Assembly: GCF_006345805.1 (NCBI RefSeq)
Contig: NW_021827725.1
Span: 1-9,982, forward strand
DNA from: Octopus sinensis
Lineage: Eukaryota
DNA length: 9,982 bases
Reading direction: 5' to 3'
Positions 1 to 5,687 of this stretch are shown piece by piece (position 1 is the first letter of the stretch; each line of letters begins with the position of its first letter). The notes beneath the pieces are model-generated. The model saw only the letters and a list, made by a program, of their open reading frames with translations, did no database searches and was not told the DNA's origin. The translations under genes and the position numbers were made by a program.

Positions 1-46
1 TCCATAAGTCTTTAGTTGCAATCCTGCATTGATCCATTATAGATGA

Positions 47-78
<32 letters not shown>

Positions 79-99
79 CATATATATATATATATATAT
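47..99. repeat. (TA)n microsatellite
   Basis: Near-pure TA run, abutting the left end of the 103-357 palindrome. Confidence 0.95.
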
Positions 100-102
100 T
101 TA

Positions 103-357
103 AAACATTACGTTATATAATTAGGGTTCAGTAAAAAAATTTACTTTTCCACACACGGAACTTTTAGAAATAGCAGTCAAAAAATTTAGCTGTTTCTTCT
201 ACTATAGAAAAAGTCTCCCAGACAATGTATACAATGTCTGGGAGACTTTTCTTATAGTAGAAGAAATAGCTAAAAATTTTTGGCTGCTATTTCTAAAAGT
301 TTTGTATGTGGTAAAGTAAAATTTTTTACTGAACCTTAATTATATAACGTAATGTTT
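103..357. mobile_element. Fold-back element 1: ~255-bp near-perfect palindrome (no HHR)
   Basis: 103-229 is the reverse complement of 230-357 (about 90% identity by eye, one indel). The centre is TGTATACA at 226-233. The retroelement origin is inferred from context. Confidence 0.75.
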
Positions 358-400
358 GTATATACCGTAAATGAGGTCTTTTTACTACTGAACACTAATT

Positions 401-433
401 GGTAAAATTAATTAATAATTAATTAATTTTACC
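401..433. repeat. Perfect AT-rich hairpin (16-bp arms, 1-nt spacer)
   Basis: GGTAAAATTAATTAAT-A-ATTAATTAATTTTACC, 14 nt before a (TA)n run. It may be the terminal hairpin of the longer right arm of element 1. Confidence 0.85.
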
Positions 434-447
434 CTTTTATTATTGAC

Positions 448-473
448 TATATATATATATATATATATATATA
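448..473. repeat. (TA)n microsatellite
   Basis: Pure TA run separating fold-back elements 1 and 2. Confidence 0.95.
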
Positions 474-482
474 CACTTGTGT

Positions 483-825
483 ATAGTAGTGTTTATATGC
501 CAACAGAATGTGGCAGTCCTATAAAGAATGATGTTACTGTTGTTTTAGCCCCAGGAAAACATCCAGCTGGCTATCAACACACAGTTTGTGTCTGTATAAC
601 ATTTGCAAGGGAGGTCATTGCTCCTATCTCTAGCCTTATATGATACTCACAGACCTAGGTTTCTGGATGTTATCTGTCCTCAGTGTGAGACAACCAGCTG
701 GAAAAGATGTTTTTCCTGGGGCTAAAATAACACTAACATCGTCCTTTATATGACTGCCATATTCTGTTGGCATATGAACATTACTATTTGGTACTGTTAC
801 TGTATTTCTCTCGCTCAGAGATTTA
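483..825 (-). mobile_element. Fold-back element 2: HHR-containing, probably PLE-derived non-autonomous element
   Basis: Arms 483-~584 and ~684-787 are inverted repeats (about 80-85% by eye), with the HHR in the spacer. The right arm continues to AGAGATTTA (817-825), matching the terminus of element 4. Confidence 0.7.
646..689 (-). ncRNA. Type I hammerhead ribozyme motif (stem II decayed)
   Basis: Minus strand reads CTCACA-CTGAGGA-CAGATAACATCCA-GAA-ACCTAGGT-C-TGTGAG. It has a 6-bp stem I, CUGANGA and GAAA cores, a perfect palindromic stem III and a GUC triplet. Predicted cut is between 652 and 651. Confidence 0.85.
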
Positions 826-845
826 AAACAAATGTATATATATAT

Positions 846-1248
846 TGGTTGTATACTGTCAACTTAACGTGACAGTCCCGTAAGGGAATTACACCACCGA
901 TATTTAGCCCTAGAAGCATCAACACTTCCTGTCGGCCTTGACACATTCCTGTGTCCTTATATATTTACGAAGGGGAGACAAACACCCACAACAGCTAGGC
1001 TGCATCTAGAGAAATGCATGTTTCTGGTCTTGCCCATCATCAGTCTAGAGTAGTGGGCAAGACCCAGAAACATGCATGTCTCTAGATGCAGGCCTAGCTA
1101 TTGGGGGTGTTTGTCTCCCCTTCGTAAATATATAAGGACACAGGAAATGTATCAAGGCCGACAGGAAGCATCAATGCTTCCTAGGGCTAAACAGTGGTGG
1201 TGTAATTCCCCTACAGGACTGTCACATTAAGTTGACAGTATACAACCA
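846..1248. mobile_element. Fold-back element 3: ~400-bp palindrome centred on an HHR
   Basis: 846-1036 is the reverse complement of 1054-1248 (about 90% by eye). The symmetry axis is TCTAGA at 1044-1049. The arms are homologous to the arms of elements 2 and 4. Confidence 0.8.
1005..1049 (-). ncRNA. Type I hammerhead ribozyme motif
   Basis: Minus strand reads TCTAGA-CTGATGA-TGGGCAAGACCA-GAA-ACATGCATTT-C-TCTAGA. The stem III palindrome carries one substitution; the mirror arm keeps ACATGCATGT-C at 1070-1080. Predicted cut is between 1011 and 1010. Confidence 0.8.
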
Positions 1249-1327
1249 TTCTATTGCTCTACCACCGTACATATTTCAATGAGATATTTAGAAATTTAAT
1301 ATTTCTGATATACATATATATATATGT

Positions 1328-1631
1328 GGAGGCGCAATGGCCCAGTGGTTAGGGCAGCGGACTCGCGGTCGTAGGATCGTGGTTTCGATTCCCAGACCAG
1401 GTGTTGTGTGTGTTTATTGAGCGAAAACACCTAAAAAGCTCCACGAGGCTCCGGCAGGGGGTGGTGATCCCTGCTGTACACTTTCACCACTCTTTCTCCC
1501 ACTTTCTTCTGTTGGCCTGCTCGCTTAGCCAGCGGGGTGGCGTCGTTCGAAGGCTAAAACAATGCGAACGCATTGTGACCAGCGATGTGTAGCAACATCT
1601 GATGGTCTGGTCAGTCACGTGATCACGTGAT
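1328..1631 (+). mobile_element. tRNA-derived SINE, full length, inserted in (TA)n
   Basis: Pol III A box TGGCCCAGTGG (1338-1348) and B box GTTTCGATTCCC (1382-1393). It has a 3' stem-loop ACAATGCG-AA-CGCATTGT (1559-1576) and a (TCACGTGA)2 tail, with TA runs on both sides. Confidence 0.8.
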
Positions 1632-1756
1632 ATATATATATATTATCCGAAATGTACAGTATTACGTATCCATCGCAGCTGATTTTACTAATCAATTTTG
1701 CGCAAGTAATACAATGGATTGTTAAATAACAATCCAATTATATAACTTTACACTCA

Positions 1757-1981
1757 TACTCTCTTTTACTCTCTTTTACTCTTTTACTTGTTTCAGTCAT
1801 TTGACTGTGACCATGTTGGAGCACCGCCTTTAGTCGAGCAAATCAACACCAGGACTTATTCTTTGGAAGCCTAATACTTATTCTATTGGTCTCTTTTGCC
1901 GAACCGCTAAGTTACGGGGACATAAACACACCAGCATCGGTTGTCAAGCAATGCTAGGGGGACAAACACAGACACACACAC

Positions 1982-2013
<32 letters not shown>

Positions 2014-2170
2014 GATGGGCTTCTTTCAGTTTCCGTCTACCAAATCCACTCACAAGGCTTTGGTCGGCCTGAGGCTATAGTAGAAGACACTTGCCCAATG
2101 TACCACAGAGTGGGACTGAACCCGGAACCATGTGGTTGGTAAGCAAGCTCCTTACCACACAGCCACTCCT
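1757..2170 (-). mobile_element. tRNA-derived SINE with internal (CA/TA)n microsatellite, full length
   Basis: Minus-strand head AGGAGTGGCTGTGTGG (A box) and GGTTCAGTCCC (B box), internal microsatellite at ~1972-2012, 3' hairpin at 1794-1807 and a tandem (GAGTAAAA)-like tail at 1757-1787. Homologous pieces occur at 4444-4509 and 8741-9006. Confidence 0.85.
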
Positions 2171-2690
2171 ACATCTCATGAGAGTTAGATGATGCAGAAG
2201 GGAATATGGTGACTGCTCTCTATTGTTGGAGATAGATTAACACAACTGGCTTACAGTTGCTGTGAAGAAGGTGGTGAAGCATAAATGGGCCAGGGGATTA
2301 GGTTAGGAGTTATGTCCCTTGGTTGGGTACGCTGTAAGGCCGGTAAGAGTTATCTTGAAGTGTTTGTGGGGAAAGTGTGCATTATCAAGTGTGCTGCACC
2401 TGTGGAAATGGAGTGTGGGTTATGTGTAGCTGTGTCATATGTTTTTTTCCAGGGGTGTAGGTATATATAGTTGTGTTTGTTGGTCTGTTTACTTTCTGTA
2501 TTTGTTAAGGTCATGTGGTGTGTAATGTGTGTGTGTGTGTGTTGGGGTATATTTTAGGGCTGGTTGAGTGTCTGCCTTGTAGGGGTGTGCATGTGTGTAC
2601 ATGGATGCATTGGTGTGTACTCTGGTCAAACTCTTTACCAGGCCTGAAGTCACTAGTGGAAGGTTGAGGCCAGGGACCTGTGGTTGCAGT

Positions 2691-3017
2691 CATAGAAATT
2701 AATTAAATTAGAATTTTACCTAATTATACTAATGTGTCCATCTGTTCTAATTTAATAAAATTCTATGTCTGTGTGCAGCTGAAGATTGCTCTACATTTTA
2801 AATTGATGTAATGAAATGATTGTATTGTTCAATTAAATGGAGTTGCATGAAACGATCGTACTGCATTACCTCTGGATATCCTTGTTGCTTATTTTGATTC
2901 TAATCACCTTATTTTGAAATTGTGTGGATAATACCATACTAAATTCTGGTGCCTCAACTTAAGTACCATTTTCATCTGAATCTAAATTTTTGCTGAACTC
3001 ATCTACCTTACCCAAAA
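2691..3017 (+). mobile_element. Probable PLE pseudo-LTR fragment carrying an HHR, ending at (TA)n
   Basis: A 23-bp inverted repeat (2691-2767), then the HHR, then ~150 nt of AT-rich tail ending at the TA run 3018-3032. Boundaries are approximate. Confidence 0.5.
2774..2865 (+). ncRNA. Type I hammerhead ribozyme motif with long stem II
   Basis: TGCAG-CTGAAGA-[63-nt imperfect hairpin 2786-2848]-GAA-ACGATCGT-A-CTGCA. It has a 5-bp stem I plus a G-U pair, a perfect 8-nt palindromic stem III and a GUA triplet. The stem II closing pair is U-U. Predicted cut is after 2860. Confidence 0.75.
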
Positions 3018-3032
3018 TATATATATATATAT

Positions 3033-3270
3033 TCTTCACTCATTCCCTTCTGGTCAGTCAATATGTGACCGCGTGTGTATCGTTGGTGATTTTCTTTCTC
3101 CATCTTCCCTTCTCTGGATCTTTCCTTTTCCTATGTTTCTGACGAAGAGTTCGGCTCGAAATGTTAAACCCTCCTTCTTTCTTTCCTTTCCTGAGCGTCC
3201 AATAACACTATACTTGTTCCGCATCCTCGCGTTGTGTTTTCTCTTTGTATTTTCATGTTTGGATTAACTA
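3033..3270 (+). mobile_element. Short pyrimidine-rich HHR-containing repeat between (TA)n runs (probable PLE pLTR or retrozyme-like)
   Basis: Flanked by TA runs at 3018-3032 and ~3271-3309, and contains a minimal HHR about 100 nt before its 3' end. Confidence 0.55.
3135..3169 (+). ncRNA. Minimal type I hammerhead ribozyme motif
   Basis: GTTT-CTGACGA-A-GAG(TTCGG)CTC-GAA-ATGT-T-AAAC. It has a 4-bp stem I, an extra A after A9 and a 3-bp stem II. Stem III ATGT is probably CpG-decayed ACGT, and the triplet is GUU. Confidence 0.7.
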
Positions 3271-3469
3271 TATTACAATATACATATATATAATATATAT
3301 ATATATATACACAAGCAAAGTGGCTAATTAGTAAATCTCTATAAGAGATGAAAACAGTAACTATACTGAGAAGTAATGTTTGTCACCACTTCAACATGGC
3401 TGTTCCATACAGACCAACACTACTACCATTTTTAACCCCAGAAGGACACCTCTAGGTGGTTATCAATGC

Positions 3470-3701
3470 TCTCTCTCTAACCGCTCAGTCGAAGTTGACT
3501 CTCGGTCACTCGTTGGATCAGTGTCCCCCAGTCAGTTCTATCCTGGGCCGCTTCCTTCAGACTGGCCATGTCCATTCCGGTATCACTCTTGATGGTGTCA
3601 AGCCAGCGGGTTCTAGGTCGGCCTCTTCCTCTCTTGCCACTGACCATTCTGAGCATGATGTCCTTCTCCAGGGATTTTCTCCGCATAATATGACCAAAAT
3701 A

Positions 3702-3703
<2 letters not shown>
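3470..3703 (-). mobile_element. RTE-clade LINE 3' end, copy A (ORF C-terminus, stop, (AG)n tail)
   Basis: Translation ...FWSYYAE/MRRKSLEKDIMLRMVSGKRGRGRPRTRWLDTIK...DRTDWGTLIQRV...LSG* matches the RTE C-terminal motif (G-[K/R]-R-x-R-GRP-x-x-RW-x-D; DR-x-x-W). Stop is at 3479-3477. Confidence 0.9.
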
Positions 3704-3732
<29 letters not shown>

Positions 3733-3733
<1 letters not shown>

Positions 3734-4004
3734 CATCCGCTCAGTTGAAGTCGACTCTCGGTCACTCGTTGGATCAGTGTCCTCCAGTCAGTTCTATCCT
3801 GGGCTGCTTCTTTCAGACTGGCCATGTCCATTCCGGTATCACTCTTGATGGTGTCAAGCCAGCGGGTTCTTGGTCGGCCTCTTCCTCTCTTGCTACTGAC
3901 CATTCCGAGCATGATGTCCTTCTTCAGGGATTCTCTCCGCAAAATATGACCGAAATATGCCAATGTATGCTTGGTGATCCCAGCTTCTAGCGACATTTTC
4001 AGCC
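3733..4004 (-). mobile_element. RTE-clade LINE 3' end, copy B (5'-truncated)
   Basis: Translation SLEAGITKHTLAYFGHILRRESLKKDIMLGMVSSKRGRGRPRTRWLDTIK...DRTDWRTLIQRV; about 94% identical to copy A over ~220 bp. The A+B block is flanked by the TSD TTATCAATGC (3460-3469 and 4005-4014). Confidence 0.9.
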
Positions 4005-4080
4005 TTATCAATGCAATCTGCAACCAATATATATTGCAATTAAGGGAGTAAACCCCTACCCTCTTCTAGTGACGACAGAA

Positions 4081-4129
4081 CCACCAGACTGTCTGGTTTC
4101 GAGCTGTTTCTGCTCATCCTCAGTGGTGG
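4081..4129 (-). ncRNA. Type I hammerhead ribozyme motif
   Basis: Minus strand reads CCACCA-CTGAGGA-T-GAGC(AGAAACA)GCTC-GAA-AC(CAGACA)GT-C-TGGTGG. It has a 6-bp stem I, a 4-bp stem II, a 2-bp stem III and a GUC triplet. Predicted cut is between 4087 and 4086. Confidence 0.85.
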
Positions 4130-4336
4130 ACACCCAACCGCTCTGGTGGTCCCATCAGTGCAAGGAGATGGTGGGAGTTTGCTCTCCTGCTTATAATAGA
4201 TATCGGGTGCAGTTTGCATCAATAGCCAACTGAAGGAGGCATCCTCTTGGAGTTAAAAACGATAGTAACATCGGTTCCTATGGAACAGCCATGTTGAAGT
4301 GGCAACAAACATTCTCTTGCAGAGATTTATGTTTTA

Positions 4337-4347
4337 TGTGTGTGTGT

Positions 4348-4400
<53 letters not shown>

Positions 4401-4445
4401 CATGTATGGCTGTGTGTGTGTGTGTGTGCATGTATGGCTGTGTGT
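4337..4445. repeat. (TG)n microsatellite
   Basis: Long TG run with TATG interruptions. Confidence 0.95.
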
Positions 4446-4509
4446 CCGTGTTTGTCGCTCAGCACTACTTGACAACCGGTGTTGGTTTGTTTACAGTCCC
4501 ATAACTTAG
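4444..4509 (+). mobile_element. Degenerate internal fragment of the 1757-2170 SINE family
   Basis: CTTGACAACCGGTGTTGGTTTGTTTACAGTCCCATAACTTAG resembles the reverse complement of ~1909-1950 and follows a TG tract, as in the full element. Confidence 0.6.
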
Positions 4510-4583
4510 TCTATGTCTGTATTATCAGACAACTTAAAAAAAACTGTTTAGAAAAACGTTGCTTACTTTTTACTCAACCTGAT

Positions 4584-4751
4584 ATATAGATGTGTATATA
4601 GATACATACATACATGTATATATTTGTATATATATATGTATATATATAGAGAGAGAAGGTGTCCTTATATATATAGAGTGTAGTGGGTGCTTTTTATGTG
4701 CCAGGTGAGGCTGGTAACGGCCACGATTGGATTGGTGCTTTTTACGTGATG

Positions 4752-4789
<38 letters not shown>

Positions 4790-4863
4790 TATATGTATAT
4801 ATATATATACACATACATATATACATTGTTTATATATATATACATTATTTATTTTTACATATA

Positions 4864-4898
<35 letters not shown>

Positions 4899-4907
4899 CA
4901 TATATAT
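4584..4907. repeat. (TA)n-rich low-complexity region
   Basis: Interrupted TA/TATG runs around a short complex island at ~4655-4750. Confidence 0.9.
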
Positions 4908-4996
4908 TTATGATATCTTTGAATGTGAGGCCTGAGGACTCGATGGCAAGTGATCATGACTTTTGGCAATATGCTTTGATTGAGAAGACTCGTCAC
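4908..4996 (-). CDS. Candidate terminal coding exon of an unidentified host gene (xDESSQSKHIAKSHDHLPSSPQASHSKIS*)
   Basis: Minus-strand acceptor AACTAAGATTTCACTTAG|G (AG at 4998-4997), 28 open codons to TAA (4910-4908), and AATAAA at 4853-4848. No homology is recognised. Confidence 0.25.
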
Positions 4997-5045
4997 CTAA
5001 GTGAAATCTTAGTTTTCAACCTTGCTATTGACACATAACAGCTTC

Positions 5046-5374
5046 TATACATCTACATACATACATACATACATACATACATACATACATACATACATAC
5101 ATACATACACACTTACATCATACTACATACATATATATATATATATAATATATATATATATATTATATATATATATATATATTATATATATTCTTTCATT
5201 TTTGCATTTATTTCAATACCCATTTTTTATGCTAGCAATGGGTTAAATATACATATCATATACATAATGCATACATAATTATGGATGTGTGAGTGTATAC
5301 ATATGTATGTATGCATGTATGTATGCATGTATATATGTATGTATATATGCATGTATGTGGTGTGTGTGTGTGTC

Positions 5375-5416
<42 letters not shown>

Positions 5417-5640
5417 GTTACATGTATATTGTTTATATATATACATATATACATATATATATTGTGTGTGTGTATATAATATATATATATGTGTATCATG
5501 CCGAAAACAGAAAAGTATTTGTACATCTATGTATATGTACACCATGCAAACACACTCACACACATACACACACATAAACACACTCACAGACAGACACGCG
5601 CACAGAATCACAAGTGTGTTTGTGTGCACGTGAGCATGCA
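5046..5640. repeat. Compound (TACA)n/(TA)n/(TG)n/(CA)n microsatellites
   Basis: Direct inspection; a short complex island lies at ~5190-5250. Confidence 0.9.
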
Positions 5641-5687
5641 TCGACATTGCTGCGTGGGCGTCTCTGCATTATCTTACAGAACTGGGT

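Larger units (their letters stand above)
3332..4329 (-). mobile_element. Fold-back element 4: HHR-containing, interrupted by an RTE insertion
   Basis: After removing 3470-4014, the left arm (3332-3469 plus 4015-4088) aligns with the reverse complement of 4142-4329 (about 70-75% by eye; the right arm has a ~26-nt deletion). Termini are TAAATCTCT and AGAGATTTA. It is homologous to elements 2 and 3. Confidence 0.75.

Noticed and set aside
844-1250. Element 3 as a classical MITE with 3-bp TSD ATT (844-846 and 1248-1250)
   Set aside because: Disfavoured but not excluded. A 3-bp AT-rich match is likely by chance, related elements 2 and 4 show no such TSD, and the internal HHR points to an RNA intermediate.
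1328-1400. tRNA gene
   Set aside because: It has A and B boxes but no closing acceptor stem or oligo-T terminator, and it continues into a SINE body and tail.
1715-1736. Palindrome TGGATTGTTA-AA-TAACAATCCA as a Helitron 3' hairpin
   Set aside because: There is no CTRR terminus at the expected distance on either side; it is probably a remnant of an unidentified repeat.
3380-3990. Plus-strand ORFs 3380-3592, 3456-3848 and 3703-3990
   Set aside because: They are antisense shadows of the RTE fragments.
4040-4222. Minus-strand ORF (…APDIYYKQESKLP…) superficially like a GIY-YIG C-terminus upstream of an HHR
   Set aside because: The segment is the reverse-complement arm of the non-coding tail of element 4, so the resemblance is probably coincidental.
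4686-4748. 15-bp direct repeat GGTGCTTTTTA[T/C]GTG with 48-bp period
   Set aside because: It has only two units and is most likely a fragment of a dispersed repeat; no function can be inferred.
4932-5006. CTGAGGA…GAAA as a sixth hammerhead
   Set aside because: No stem II closes next to GAAA, and there is no stem III or stem I complement.
4278-5647. Many 60-122 aa ORFs rich in Y/I/H/T/C/V
   Set aside because: They are translations of (TA)n, (TG)n and (TACA)n repeats, which lack stops in some frames.
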